From Paragordius varius (Eukaryota; Animalia; Nematomorpha), in NCBI GenBank assembly GCA_964247055.1, contig OZ176051.1, forward strand, positions 11,594,001-11,658,000: 64,000 nt of DNA, read 5' to 3'. This document shows, one piece after another, positions 38,356-53,900 of the stretch. A program made the position numbers and the translations under genes. Position 1 is the first letter of the stretch. Each line of letters starts with the position of its first letter. Below the pieces are notes generated by a model that was not told where the DNA came from, did no database searches, and was given only the letters and a program-made list of their open reading frames with translations.

Positions 38356-40620
38356 TGGTTTTATAAAATATATATTTTTGATAAATAAATATATAAAAAT
38401 TCTCACAGTGGTTTCGGTTTTAAGCCCTACCCGCGATATTTATTACCACTTTTATCAGAAAATAGGATGCGTTTTGCTGAATAAACTTTTTTCGGTATAA
38501 ATGCTTCATAAAATAAATATATCATCTTATGTTTAAAAAGTGTTTTTATAAAAGTTAAACTTTTAATCTGGGTTCTGAAATATTTTTGAGCTCCAAAATG
38601 GAGTTTCTTTAAATTAAGTCCCGAGATTAAGCGATACTAAATCATATGCTTGATTAAGAAAATAGATTTTGATATAATATATGCTTTGTATATAGTTTAA
38701 ATTTTCATAAATTTGTGTCGATTTATAGTATTTCGATACATAATGAAATGTTAAAACACCTTAAGATATTATGAAAACATTTTTTCAAATGATTTGATTA
38801 CAAACATCTATACCACTCAAAATTTATATCTTTAAATTAAAGTACATTTGTAATTTGATTTCAATTTTCTGAGGTTTATAAATGCTTGGCATCAGAAAAT
38901 AGTTAAATGTCTTAGTTTATATACAGTTTCCTCCATTCTTCAATATGTAAGAAAATACGTTCTAATTAATATGCAAAGCATGTTTTTTCAAAAAAAATTT
39001 AATCCACTAAAAATTATTAAGCAACTGTAAGATTTTTGCCTTTATTTTAAGAATCCAGTGAGAATTAGGACTTTCGGGACTTACGCATAAAAAAAAAATA
39101 ATTGTTTTACCTTTTAAATGATAATTTAAACCATATTTTAATGATATTGGAGAATCATTTAACCTTCACAAAAAATTAATTAGATATGCGCTTAAAATTT
39201 GCAATTTTTCGATATGGACCAATGACCACCAAATGGTAAGTGTTTTTTAAGAAGCCCAAAAACACCATTAGAATCCTGATGCATTATATCAAAAACCTAA
39301 GCATAATATGAAAATTTTAAAACCCCCTAGTTTGTACATTTTTTAATTTACGATTTGGGAAGAATTAGAATTTATTTTTTGGATCCATGGTTGACATATA
39401 TTGGATATGCGTCTAATGAAAAATTTAATTTTTTGGAAAAAAATTTCGTTCGAAGCAGCCAAAATACATATTAGTCATTAATAAATGGTTTGTTTTTATG
39501 GTTTTTTCATTCAAAAGAGTTTAGGTTAACATACTGATTGCCTGCCTTTAAAAATATTTTGTGATTTTTTTTGGAATCTCATATATATGGTTAACATATT
39601 TACATATGTGCACGTCGTGGAAACGCATATTAATTCGCATATTAATTTCTGTCTAACTTTTATTGAAAAAAAAGCCCTTATTGCATTAATTTACCGGTTT
39701 TAATTAAATTTTCCTTTGATGTGCTTTTCATTTTTCCTATAATAATGAGAGCATAAATGTAAACTAAACGAGTATCCCATATGTTCGCTTGCAAATACAC
39801 CATAAACATACATCAGCATATTGGCCAAATTAAAGAATGATACTCCTTTTAAGTAACCTTTTTAAACAATGGGGAGCGAGCGGAAATTTCCTTTACTCTA
39901 TAAATTATGTTAATTAGGATTGTGATGGGCCGCATGGCAAACTCAATTCGTTAATGAAATACTTTCATTTGATTATGTGGCCGCGTAAAGACTGAAATGG
40001 GCCTGGCCGTGGTTTACCGACTCCTATGTTAGATGACATTACTGAATATATTAAGAGACAACTCTATTCTTAAGACTCCAAAATTAGAAACATTTATTAT
40101 ATGTATGAGTTTTATTAAATAGATGGTATTATCTTTTAATTGCACACTGTATGTTGTAATTATAACTATTTAATTATGATTATCCATAGCGTTTGGCTAA
40201 TTGCAAAAAACGCTTAAAATATCTACAGTGTTTTAAATGCACATAGGTTATAGAGCAAAATTTTTAATTATTTACCTCATAATACTTAAATGATAAATTT
40301 TAAATAAGCTACTTACGCAAATAATTAATTATATGATTTTATTGGTAGAAAATATCGTGTGAGAGATTGGAGAACCTGTTAAAATCATCCGATCGTGACT
40401 ATACGCTTTTATAATCATTCCAAACCTTTAACCATTTGTTTAGGTTGTGTATAATTAATCCAACTACTTAATGCTAAGTAAAATTTAATTATCCACTTAT
40501 TTTAATTGCTATTGAGCCTATTACTAATCTAATTATGTTTTTTTGAATTAAATAGTTGTATAATATATATCTAATTAAGTTACATGTGATTATGGCCTGA
40601 TTACAATCTCGTTTTACCTA

Positions 40621-41194
40621 TTAAAACTCAAACCACCCATGTGCCGCATGTGAATGTGCTGTTCTATAGCCCTGAATTAAATTTATATGTTTTAATATTT
40701 TTACAGAAATATTGAAATTATACAGACCAAACGTAAAACATAATTTATTTTTTTTTTTCAAAAGACCGCGGTACTTATTTGAACTTGATATTGCTTTAAA
40801 CTGCAAAGTGAAAAATAAAAATGTAAATCTTCCACACAATGGAAAAAATATTTTTATATTGTAAATAAAAAATTGTATAACTAAAATTAAGGTTTTAAAA
40901 AGTATGATTGTGCCTTTATATTTTTGCGTTTTCTTCGTATACTTCAATTTTTACTGTATTTTGATTATCAATAAATCTGCAAATGTGATAAACAGTTATG
41001 CAATTTTTATCGATATCATATGGTGCATGGCCCTTGAGACAACAAAAATATATTTTGCGGCCATTTAAATTTTTTAGTGAGTACTTAACATCTACCTGAT
41101 TCGTTAAAATTTTGTTAGTCTGGCTCGTATTTCTAAAGCGTAATTGAAAACGGGGCACACATTGGACATCAATAGGAGTGACAAAATACCCATT
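40621..41194 (-). CDS. 3' exons of an unidentified gene (partial)
   Basis: AG/GT-bounded open segments at 41194-41096 (NGYFVTPIDVQCVPRFQLRFRN...), from 41032 (GHAPYDIDKNCITVYHICRF...) and a terminal GYRTAHSHAAHGWFEF*. No family recognised. Confidence 0.4.
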
Positions 41195-41257
41195 CTAATT
41201 ACTTTTTCAAAATCTTTGTGTCGTTTTTAAGTTAAAATATGTAGGATTTATCAAAAT

Positions 41258-41500
41258 CAGGGGTGTCCAGCGCAAACAACTTTGCGGGCCGCATCTTTCA
41301 ATTCAAAAAATACGGCCTGCATTATATATATATATATATATAACTAATTATTAAGTTTAAAACAATATAACACTTATAGTTCTTGCCAATGGACTTATTT
41401 AGTAAAATTGTTTTAATAGTACTAAGATTTGAGCATATTTTTACACATTATTAATTCAAAATTTTTCGCGGGCCGTCTTCAGAGGGCTGCGTTACTGATC
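41258..41500. mobile_element. hAT-family MITE, degraded 3' end
   Basis: Starts CAGGGGTGTCCAG...gcgggccgcat and has subterminal ttttcgcgggccg as in the other copies. Further fragments at about 11881, 35715-35750, 39925-40025 and 42230. Confidence 0.6.
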
Positions 41501-44500
41501 TAAATGAATGTAAAAAAATACATTAATGGCAGTTCGGATGGAATTGTTTTTATAATAATATTTTAGTTTAAGAGCAGAATATACCATAACGTATATATCG
41601 ATATATTCTTTCACCGAGATCTAATTCTTTATGGTCAAAGTTTTGTACCTTAATAGCACGATGCCAAAAATTTAATATAAAAAATAATTTAAGAATTCTC
41701 TTTGCGTTCGTTTACTTATATGATAACCAATTATATTTTTAATATCAAAAGTAAAAAATTTTGTATTGTACTGTGTTATATTTTCGATCAATTTGTGTTT
41801 TTTAAGGAATTGCTTCCTATTACCAAAGTATACATTTGGATGATGTCTTATATTTTTGCAGTGTGCAGATCAAATATACACTTGTATACTAATATGTATT
41901 TTTTTCTCTATATGTTTTTTTGAACATGAGAGAATTATAGTTATACGAATATTTTCATCAAATTTATTTTACATTTTTTGTCCGTACATTTTTGTGTCAC
42001 ACATATATACTATTAAGGCCATATAAGAAAATTCCTCTATATTTCTATTTTTACTGTAATATCTGTAAAATATTAAAAAATATCATCCCTTTAAATTCTT
42101 CAATATCATAATTAACGGTATACATATATTTTAAATATATATTTAGCCCTTTTGTTATAATTATATGTAAAATTATTGGCTAAAGTAAAATTTATCAATC
42201 ATATAATTCTTTTATATCAGATTGTTTACGTGCAGCCCGCGGGCCACATGAATTATGCGACCTACGAAAATTTTTATATAGTAAATGAATACGTCTATAA
42301 GTAAAATTGATATTTATTAAAATCATTAAAACCAAAAGACTCGTTAAATTGAAACATAATTAGTAAACATTGTTTTTAAGATGGTTTTCGTAATTTTTTA
42401 AAGCTTTAAATTTGAAATCTAATATATTGTAATTTTTGGGAATCCTGTTCTAAATAAACATGTAACTAGACAAATTTGACGTTAAAGTTAAAACTTGCTG
42501 ATTAGATCAGTATGAAATCCTTTTTTGGGCAATTTATAAAACTTAAATTATAAATAGGATTTCATAAATTATATCCAATTATATATTGAGAGTTAGATCT
42601 TGGGAATGGCGTGATAAAATTTATTAAATTGAAAAATTTCATTGATTAAATTATTATGCGCCAGACAAATTTATTTTTGTCTGAGACGAGGAGGATACAC
42701 ATTTTCAATTTTTTCCATTAACACATAACTACTATTTTGTGTAAAACATTTATTAATTTTACAAATTTAATTGAATTTTTTTCCACAATATCCAATTTAA
42801 TGTTGGATGCTGCTCTATTTATATTAATGGTTTTGTTTGATCTTCAATGTGTTATAATCAAAGTTTTTAATACTTTGCTAAAACCAACCAGTTATTAAAT
42901 TTATAACTTTTAAATTTTTGAATCAGACATAGACTAAATTGCTGTACTGTGTAAAATAATTCAAATTATGCTCTATAATTATATTTAATACCATGAGGCC
43001 ATACAAAATTTGGATGCGAACTATATTTTAGATGAGATAATATCATAGAAAAGGACCTAAATTGCTTATGAAAATTAGGGATAACATCTCAAAAATCCGT
43101 TTTAAAAAAAGTACTTGTTTGTTAGAATTTAGTGTAAGGTTATAAATGTTATTTTCCGGGACAATGCATAGATTGTTTGAGTGTTAAATTTTTATTATTA
43201 ATTTTAACTTTTATATAAGAGATCAGATATATTACATTTTTAGGGAAGTGGTCAGAATTTTTGTAAAAATGCGCTCGCCGTTTTTAGATTTTATCTTAAT
43301 TTAATTTTTAAGGCCTATATATTCAATTTATAATGGCATTATATGATACCTTCTGAATCAAATTTAATTAACCCCTTGTTTTTAACCACAATTTTTTAAT
43401 CGATTTTAAAATATCAAAGACAATAAGATAGATGTCAGACAGGCCATTGATTTTTTAAAAAACATTTTGTTTTAACAAATTAAAATATTCTCAACTCCAT
43501 TTTTTGCCTTCTATTAAACTGCAGAGTAAAATAATTTTGCAATATTTTTTTTCTCAAAAAAAATTAGTTATAAAACCATGTTTAAGGTAAAAGTAAACAA
43601 TTTTAAAATATTTTTTTCTTAATGTGGTTACGAATTATATAAGAAATTTCCAATGGAATTGCTCCATATTTAAAAATCAATTCACACACACTAAATAAGT
43701 TTATTGGGAGAGGCTTAACGCTTTATTCCAAAAAATTATGTTAATGAATTATATAAAAGTAAATGCGTATTAATTAGTTTTATTTTGATCTTTAAGCGCC
43801 CTTAACGCTCATTTTGAAATCGAATCGAGATTGAGCTATAAATATATTTAAAATATGCTAAGATGCTACATTTTTTGGAAATATACTCCACTTTAAAATA
43901 TAAAATCCGACAAAGATGTCTATATAGTATTAAAGTGTGAATGGTGCTGTACATTTCAGTTTATCGAGATTATATAATTTTTGGTAAACGTGTAGAATTT
44001 TTTGCTAAAGAATAAAAAGAAAAGCACTATGGCAGTAACGAACACTATCATATTATTCAAAATAAGTTAAAGAAGTGTGGGGGCAAGGGCGATATGTTAT
44101 GATGAGTATTAGAAAAAACACTAACCCTTTATTCAAAAAATAATGTGATAAAAATGTTGGTATAGAAAATTTTATCTGAATCTATCATATTTTTTTACTA
44201 TTTTTTTTGCCAAACTATTTTGCCAAATTTTTATGAATATTTTATAATTTTCCGGAAAAAATGATGGTCATTGATAAATAACAACATAAAACATTATTTA
44301 AATTAATACATAAAAATTAACTTTGTATGAATACAAAATTAAAATTATACCCTATTTTTTAAAAAATTATATCCAATGATTCATCACAATGAATTGCTAG
44401 TAAAAAATTATGATTAATTCAGATAAAATTTTTGACGCTCTTATCCCACACTTTGAATCGTTTTAAAAAATTAGATAGTATTCGTTACTTCATAGAGCTT

Positions 44501-47500
44501 TTGTTTTATTCCATTCTTTAACACTTCATTACCTTTTACCATTTTTGTCTTAGGGTAGTTTTATATACCAGAGCTTATTTTTGTTAACAAACTACAATTT
44601 TAAAAGATAATTAGTAAAATTAATTATCAAACATTATTTTCTTGTTTTATATAAAAAAGCTCATATTTTTTACATTTTAATTTTTAGAGTTCATAATTAA
44701 GACAGCTCCAAAACATGATTGAAACGAACAGCTGATAAAATAAAATTATATAAAGTTTTTGCTGGTACTAACCATAATATACCTTTATTTGCCTGATTTT
44801 TAAAAATTTATAAGAAAAATATGGCGGGAAAAAGGTTGAAGTGAGGAAGTTTTCTCTTTTCGAAAGAGTTTTTTTGCATAATGCGCCTAAAAGATTAGAG
44901 AAGGCATATTTTTAAATTTGGTTTAATGCTTTAAACACTTTTTAATATATTCAATTTTAAATCACTCTGGGATATAAAACTTCCCCAAAAGGTAAAGGAG
45001 TGTCAACAGCTATTATACGTAACAAATTTAATATTGATAAACTTAAATATACAGCATTGTATTTTAAAAAAACTTTTATATAATACAAGAATCTGAACCT
45101 TTCGTCTTATATTTTTTCTTTATAGACCTTTAAATTTATGTTAAATATATTGCTTTTTTTACAAAAAATCTATATAATTTTTGGGCGATTACTAAAATTT
45201 AAGGTTAAGCTCAGGTTATAAATACGAGATCTAATTTAGAAAAATGGCTTTTTTTGTTTTGAAATTAATCTCGGAATGAAAAATATATAATACGCCCCAA
45301 AAGAATTTAAAATTAAAATTTCATATACTGTATGTTTTTTGAAATATTTATTAAATTTCTTTCTGGAGATGAGATAGTATCACTAAAATATTTTGACGAA
45401 ATCTGGTTATCATATAATGCCAATATAACGCCATATTATGTTAACATATTTCTTTAAAAATACAGCCTCGATATAAGTTGAGCTAAAATTAATAACTGAA
45501 TATATTTTAATATCTGACACATCATGCGAAAGATTCAGTACCCTCTAATCCTTTGCGTACTTAATATATATTAAAAAATATGTAAATATCGATCAAGTCT
45601 TAAATTTGTGGAAAAAATCTTAATTTAGGGCTGCGGTTTGAATATCACTAAAGTATACTTAAACTCTTATCGCGCAATCACGGGACTTTGAATATTTTAA
45701 CAGGAATAAGCACATTTAAGCAGAGTCCAAAATTTAAGACTTTTGGCGTTTACATTTTATTGAAGCTAATTATATATATCTTTTAGCTTTTTATATGGAT
45801 TTTATTACATATTTAAAATTCCATCGAAAAAAATTATCATTTTGGAATTTTTGATATGGTACTTGTACGCAATTAACCAAAATATTTTCTATCAATTTAT
45901 ATTATTTTTTCGGTGGTATAATTATTAAATATTGTATAAAATAACTATGTACTCCACCATTTGATTGGAAGAAAAAAGGAGTCGTATGTTGCATTAACCT
46001 TACATTATCTTTTCTGTATGAAGGCAATTATTTTGGAGTCTTTAGCAAAATAATCTTTGTTTTCTGTTTTGTTTAAATTTAAAAGATATCGTTTACTGCA
46101 CCCTAACTTCTCGAATGAAAATCTGTTATGACTCCATAAGGCCCGCTCAATTTATACTATATGATGCATTTATTTGCCTGTTATTATGTTAAAAATAATC
46201 CAAAGAAAGTATTTCGGCCAAAAAAATTGAGATAATGATTTCAATATTTTATATTTTTCACAAAAATGAATCATTCACCTAAAAGGTTAAAGATGCATAA
46301 TTTAAAATTTGGTATATTATGATAAATTTTGAATGGCTCCATATTAAAAGTTTCAATCAAAAAAATAATGGAGACACTCTTCTAACTTAGGGAATACTGC
46401 GTTGGTTTCCAGAAATTCGAAAATCCCGTAGGATTATCGATTGTCAAGTTTGGATTGGTTGGTAACTGATTTAACGGGTTCGTGTTTAATTTCAAGATTA
46501 GGTTCTGATTTTAGGTGACAACATCAAGGGGAAAATAATTTAAACATTATTATATGATACATAGATTTTTTACATATTACAATTAATCTTATTAAATTTG
46601 GAAAATATGTATTTTTAAATTTATTAAGACAGTATCGAAGCAATAATGTGTTTCAAAATTTATTTTTTAATTTAATATTTCTTCTTTTAATTTTGAATAA
46701 AAAAATATGTTGGAAAATGAGTTAACGATTCTTGCATAGTTAATTAGGTAATTTGCCATAGACAGTGATAAGATATTCTATGCCAAAATTATTCATTAAA
46801 TTTCCATTTTTTCCTCATTTTTCATTCGTAATTTTTTTACTGAATACAACAGTTATGAATATATTAAAATAAAAAATTATTGACTAAATTAATATATTTC
46901 ATCATTTATCTCACACACATATTTTGTTTGCTTAAAAATGATTTATACCAAACAAGATTGAGGCAAGAGCATTTTAAGTTTTAATGCCAAATGAAATGAT
47001 GTGTAAAAAATTGTCCATAAATCACAGTTAAGATATATGCCTTATGTTGTGTTGTATTTTCTCGAGATTGATTTATTTCAAAATTTTTGATTCCTGTATA
47101 TAAGGATTTCTAAAATTTTCATCGTTGGTTTACGTGCGTGCATCTAAATCATGCATGATATATTATTAAAAATATATGAGTCATATATCATGGAGATAGC
47201 TTAAATACTTCATTGTAAGCGATGACTTAAAAACTGTACATTTTTGGATATTTATACCTTTAAAACAGGATATACATATCAAAACACTAGATAATGGAGA
47301 TATGGCAGGCTGGCAGACAGACAAGGCCATACATTAAAAATATCACATAAAGCGTGTATATATCGTGTCTAACTCTGTTACTTGATTTACTTTCCAATTA
47401 GTTAACATTATTCTTCTTATAAGTACTTGCTACTCAAGTTTACCTCTTATATGTTTCTTATTTCCTAAAACATGCATACTGTCGATTTGTAATTTTTATT

Positions 47501-47985
47501 GCGTTCATTCTCTCAATTAGTTAAGTGTAATAAAAAGTCACTTAATAAAAAAAATCCTTAAAAAAGGCATTTTATTGTTTTATACAGCGTCAAGATTTTA
47601 TTTGTCAATGGTATATTGTATATTATTTTCGTTATGATGCATTAATTGCAATAATGGATCAGTCAAAAAAACTTATTCCTACAGTTTATGCATATAAATA
47701 CAAAATTATAAATATTTTTTGCGGACATTGAGCTAACATATGTAAGAATAAGAGGATTTATTATTATTGTGCGCCTAAATCAAAAAATAGATTCTGGTCA
47801 TATTTTTAATTGAGCATAAGTTTTCGCAGAATATAGTAATTTGAATCATAATAGCTTAATTATCAAAAAGAATATGAACAGTGTAATGTCTCGTTTTAAA
47901 TTTGGTGTCCATGCATATTATAAATTATTTATAATTATCCTATTTTTCTTATATATATATATATATTGTTAGAACACCTATCGCT

Positions 47986-50900
47986 ATGCCTGGATTTGAA
48001 TTAAGCCACTTTCAAAAACAAAAATTGCATTATGTCTTTGATGTATTTTTTGGTATGTGTTTTTTAAAATCAATATATTATCGACATAAGAATCTAAAAT
48101 TTTGATTTGCCAAATATGTTAAATAAAAAAATTATTTTTTTATTCCATAAATTTAGATTTAAACAAGGATGGTAGAATCGAGGAAGGTGATTTTGATTTG
48201 GCACTTGAGGTTTATATTTTTTGATACCTTATATAACCATAATAATCCAAATTGATATGCTAAAATCATCCGTGATGATTTGCTATCCACAGTTGCACCG
48301 AATAAATATTTATTTTGGGGCAAGTCCTGAAGACCGATTTTAAATTTAAACTTAAAAATATCTACATGGAATTAGAATTAAAGAAAGAATAAAAATTTAA
48401 AAATTCTATATACAATTTTTTTCCCGCCAAATTTTAGCTAAACATTATTGCACATTTATACATTCATAATGGCAGTAAATTTATCAAAATTACCTGTAAT
48501 TTTAAGATGATTCATTAATTCAGAGAGTAGATGTCACTAAAAAATAATAGGATTTATCCACGGCTTCAGGTTTGAAAAGAGGGTGAACTAAAACCGGGCC
48601 TAAGAATATAAAAATAAAACCGTGTGGTTATTGATCAATTAAATATTAACGGTTCCGAAACCGGTTCTTTACACTTAAAAGCGATTATATTTTGGTTTCT
48701 GACTTTTCCATAGATTTTCTTACAATATTATTATTATAAGATAAACCAATAACGATTGTATATCATAACATATTTTTCAAAAAAAATCCAAATGTAAAGG
48801 TAGCTAGTTTAAATTGTATTTATATCAATTATCGCATCTGGAAGGAAATCTTGATTTAATTTAGAAAAAAATGATTGTACGATGCAATTCAGCGTTAGCC
48901 TACTTCACAGATCTGAGAACATAAAATTAAGCCTGGAAAAGTTTTTTACATGCTTAGAGCCACATATGTACCGATAATGTAACTTAACATGATAAAATTT
49001 TAATAATGTTAAATCTGTGAGAAACATCATAAAGTCATAATGCAGCCCAGGGGCCCCAATTTTACCACTGATATATAGTGTAGCTCATTTTTCCGTTATG
49101 GGTATTATGAAGACTATAATTTATGGTTTTTACCAGATTCTTTAATAAATAAGGTAACTAAGTCTATAGATAAGAAACTAGATATTATTAGTGTATATGC
49201 AAGAGCAATAATTTTTATCATAGGAAATTTTTAAAAATAATATTTAACAATATAAAATATGGTGGTATCAATTTTGATGGATATTTTTTTAAATAAGCCA
49301 TATGGGAACCACTTATTTATTAGATGTAACCAGAACCCAGCTATTTCATCGGGAACTAGAACCAGGGTTAAAACGGAGAATGAAACTAGGGTAATTCCTG
49401 AAGTTTGGAACAAAACCAGGTCGATTCCACCCCAACGGAACCGGTTTGTGTAAATTCTTAGGACGCGTTCCAGTTGCGGTTCGAAGCCTGGTTTTTACTT
49501 TATACAAAAAGTTGAAAATTATATTGGGAAAATACTTTTTACTACTTACTTTTAACGATTTTAAGCTTCTAAAACCCCAGAATGTATGAAAAAAATTTAT
49601 CTCAATAATTGGTTATCGGTTACGTTTCTTTGTTGGCAGATACAGGTAGAATTGGGGGTTTAATATCCCAGGTGTAGTCATAAGTTGCTACCGGAACTAA
49701 AAGAATACTTTAGCGAAACTGGGTCTATAAATTTGACATAGTGTAATGTTAATTAGATATTAAACGGCAAACATAAACAAGATGAGTTTACCGATTAGCG
49801 TCTTTTTATTATTCAGTAATCATATTGGATTTTGTGATTAGTATTTGCTGCACGCATTGCCTTTCTTATTCTATCAAAGCGGCTCTTGACAACATCGCTT
49901 GGAAACACATAGTAATGTTCAAAAAATGTCAATATAAAAGAGAGTGGGAACTCTGGCAGACCACACAATTGTAACATAAAGTCCTGGATTAGGACCCAAC
50001 TCAAACTCAACGGTAACCGACAGAAATTTAAATACTTTTTTTAACAATATACCATTGCCTCAAACGAGGCGGGTGATGAGGCTGCGCTTTGTAAATAAAA
50101 AGCGGAGGAATTTGTAACATTTCCCAAGCCATCCATAAAGACAAAAGCCAATTCGCCCTGGCTAAAAGACGGTTCCCTATGTTGGATGTGTCCAGAGCGG
50201 TATAGTGTAGTATTTGGAAAGGGGGAAGCTGTTTAGAATGCTATCGCTCAAAAGAATAAACCATGCGTTAGAAAAACTACTGAAACTTCACCTCCTAGTG
50301 GTGATCCGGCGGGCAACGTCAGCGTTTTATGACGGAACGGGGTTCAGGTAAGTCTAACAGGTGAAGGGTCGGAAGGAGGAGACTAACTTCCGACAAACCG
50401 ATACAATCGGTACTGTCCTAGTTGGCCAAGCAGTCTATGCACGGGGCTGTGTAACCGAAGGAGGGTTTGAGTTCTCTGGGTCTGGCAAACCCATAACTCA
50501 CACTGCACATCGCCTATTCTATACAATCATGATACAGTACTACTATTTATTCGAATACATTAAATAACAGTTATCCTACAAAAACGATCTGAGAAAAAAG
50601 GGTGGGACCAGGCTCTAGTAACAGAAGCATCCAGATAGACACCTGTCAACGGCCTGAGGTGTAAGCTCCGCGAGATTGAACTTTTAGTTAATTCGGAGAA
50701 GAAAGGCGTTGACATTCTCGCAGTACAGGAGTGCCATGGATGCAAGGGGTTAGACAAGGATGTCCTCTCATACAGGCTCCTTACAGGCTCAAGTGCTAAG
50801 GCGGGCACACGTGGATGCGGGTTCCTTATCAATAAAGCTATCGCTGAGATTGCCATTTCGAGGACATTAGTCCAAGAATTGCTAAGTTGAAAGTAAATAA

Positions 50901-53900
50901 ATATGGCCTAACGATATTTTTGGTCTACGCCCCGGTCGAGTCGGCAAAAGCTGTTGAAAAATCGGAATTTTACGATGCTCTTGGTGCTCAACTGAGAAAC
51001 ATAAAATCTCGATATATGGTCCTTGGTGATTTCAACGCTCAAGTCGATCGATCAGGCGAAAGTAATGGCATGTTTGGGAAACTGAACATTGCTAGAAATC
51101 GTGCTGGAAACAATAACGGTAATCTCCTCATTAAGCTATGTAATTCATATGGTCTTAAGGATGTTGGAAACTTTTTCCAGAAACCTTACTGGAAAAAGGT
51201 CACTTGGATATACCCTAGTGGCAAATTCTTTACCCATGATCGGATACTAGTTCACAGGGGAATTAGCTTCTGGGTTATGGATGTTGAAAGTCATCTTACG
51301 GGATTGGTGACAGATCACAGGTTGGTGTTGGGAAAAGTCAGTGAAAGGGAAAGAACTCATCCAAAAAAGGTCCTACCTCGACAGAGGAGGCCAACTAAAG
51401 ACGAACATCTAACCCTAGTTACTAACTACAACGTAAAAGAGGTTACGTTTGCACATAGGGGAGATGGATGTAACAACGTTAAAGGGTGCATTAAGCGAAT
51501 GTATCCTACGTTTCCGAAAACGGGATTGAACGTGTGCCCAGGTCCAAACCAAGAAGAAATTCTTGATGACATCAACGCCAAAAGAAAATTACGTAAAGTA
51601 ATCTGTAGTGGAAAAGCCATTCAAAGTGATAAGGCTTCATTCAAAGCCCTAAACAAATCTATAAAACAAAAGATTTACGCCCTAAGGTCAGAATGGTTAG
51701 ATAAGAAAGTCACGGAAGTGGAGCACTGTCTAGTGGACAACAATTCAAAAGGTATTTCTGTAATTCTTGATGCGGTGGTAAGCACTTGCAACAAGTGGCT
51801 GGGCACGGGTAGTGCAAATAGGCAGAAAAGTCCGTATGTTAAATGAGAAAAGTATGGCATCATACTTTGAATTAGTGTATCGTAAAAGTGGTGGCGACAT
51901 ATTTGGTGATTCATTGTTCGCTAGCGGTGTGGAATGTAACGATAGTGTCCCCGGAAGTGACGAAATCGAACGGTCCTTGAGGAAAATAATTGGAAAGAGT
52001 AGTGGTGAGGATGGTATAGCCCTGGAATTATATCATGCGTGGTGAATCGCTCATTGAATGCCTGAAAGGCATATTCGAAAGGGTTTGGGAGACGGGATGC
52101 ATTCCGGAAGATTGGAAAGTCGCGGAGATATGTCCGATATATAAGGGCAAAGGTAAGACGATTGATCCCAAATCATATCATCCCATCTCCCTCGACATTG
52201 ATGGGAAGATCTTCAGTGGCATTCTGAACGAACGATTGCAGTTGTCCAAACAAGTGGTGGGTGATTACCCATGTGGGTTCAGGGAGCGGAAATCTACTCG
52301 TGACCTAATATTCACGCTTCGAAGGTTGCAAGAAGAGTCTCGAATAGCTGACACAGAGGTGCACTGTGTCTTCATTGACCTCGAGAAAGCGTTTGATAGC
52401 GTCCCTCATGGGGCACTAATGGACTGTCTGGAAAAAGCGGGCTGCGGTCCGATCTTACTAAGGCTCATAGCCAATTTGACCTACGGCAATAAAGCGAGAG
52501 TAAAGTCGAAAGGCAATACCTCGCGTTGGTTCAAACTTGAACGGTTCGGCAAGGTTGCAAACTCTCACCTGTCCTGTTTAACATCTTTCTAGAGTCATGC
52601 CTTCATGAAGCTGATCTTCAGCTGGAAGGTATCGGTATCACTCAAAAAATCCATCTCCTTGTAGTCAGAGCACTTCTGCAGTGAAAATATTAGCATTCAC
52701 AGATGATATCGTGCTAGTCAGTAACAATCGAAGCGAACTTTCCTTGTCATTTGAACGTTTAAACACAACGTTTAAACGATATGGTATCCTAATTTCGATG
52801 AGCAAATCGAAAGTCTTAGAGTTGTCGGTCTCTAAACCTACCCATAAAGCTAGAAACGTCTGTAATTGAAGACGTAGATAGCTTTACGTACCTCAGGTCT
52901 GAGATCAGTCGGAAGGGAGGTGTCAGCCGCGAAATAGTGTTGCGTAAATTGAAACCTATCTTGGAAAGCAAGAAAATTGCTAACAAGATAAAACGGCAGC
53001 TGATAATGGGTTTCGTGGTTCCATCTCTATTGTACGGCTGTGAAACGTGGAACGCTACTAAGGCAGACGTGAGTAGGTTGGATAGCTTTCTCAATAACTG
53101 CATTAGAACGTGTGTAGGTGTTTCACGATCAGATAAGGTACCCGTTTCAAGTCTCCGGTCAGCGGTAGAGCTCCCTTATGTGAATGAACTGTTGGGTAGT
53201 AGAAGGTTGCGCTGATTCAGCAAGCTATGCCTCGGTCAAACTTCTGAACTAGCAGCTCAGTTGTACGATGGGGTGCTGGGTTAAACGAAAGTCGGAGCAC
53301 GCTGTAAACAAAGATGGGAGCACTGTGTCCAACGAGATCTGGACTGGTTTGTGCTAAACAAAGGTAATAACGGGTCATTTCGTATATACGAAGTCGAATG
53401 TCGAAATCTTGACGATTTTAAACGTGTTCAGAGTGGGAAACTACCTGAGTTTGCGCATCCAGAAATGAAATCGAAGGACTTAACTCCTGTCAATAAATTA
53501 CCTTTACAAACAGTCGCCTCAGTATCCTGTTCAGTTGATGGATGTGCGGTTAAGTTCTCAAACGATAAGAATATGAAAAGACATGTTACGGTCTTTCATA
53601 TGCCCAAGGAAAGGGGGGAGCAGCAATCCATACCCATGTGGGGTTGCTGGTTGCTCCAAATCATACAAGACTCTAGGGTGGCTTAAAAAACCAAAACAAT
53701 GTCCATGGAATATCGTTGGGAACGATGATTCCAGTCCCGATGGATAAATCAGTAACCGTCTCAGTCAGGTCTAATTCAGACCCCAGCAAACCTTCCTCCA
53801 CGTGGAAAGGAAGCCTTCAAACATGTGATGGTGAGTTCATGTGTCCGATAGGAGGATGTGGGCATTGAACAGGCACCTACAAGGGTATTGAAAATCATGT

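Noticed and set aside
49813-50010. 65-aa minus-strand ORF with KSRFDRIRKAM, faintly piggyBac-like
   Set aside because: A single weak motif with no other transposase evidence or TTAA/TIR ends.
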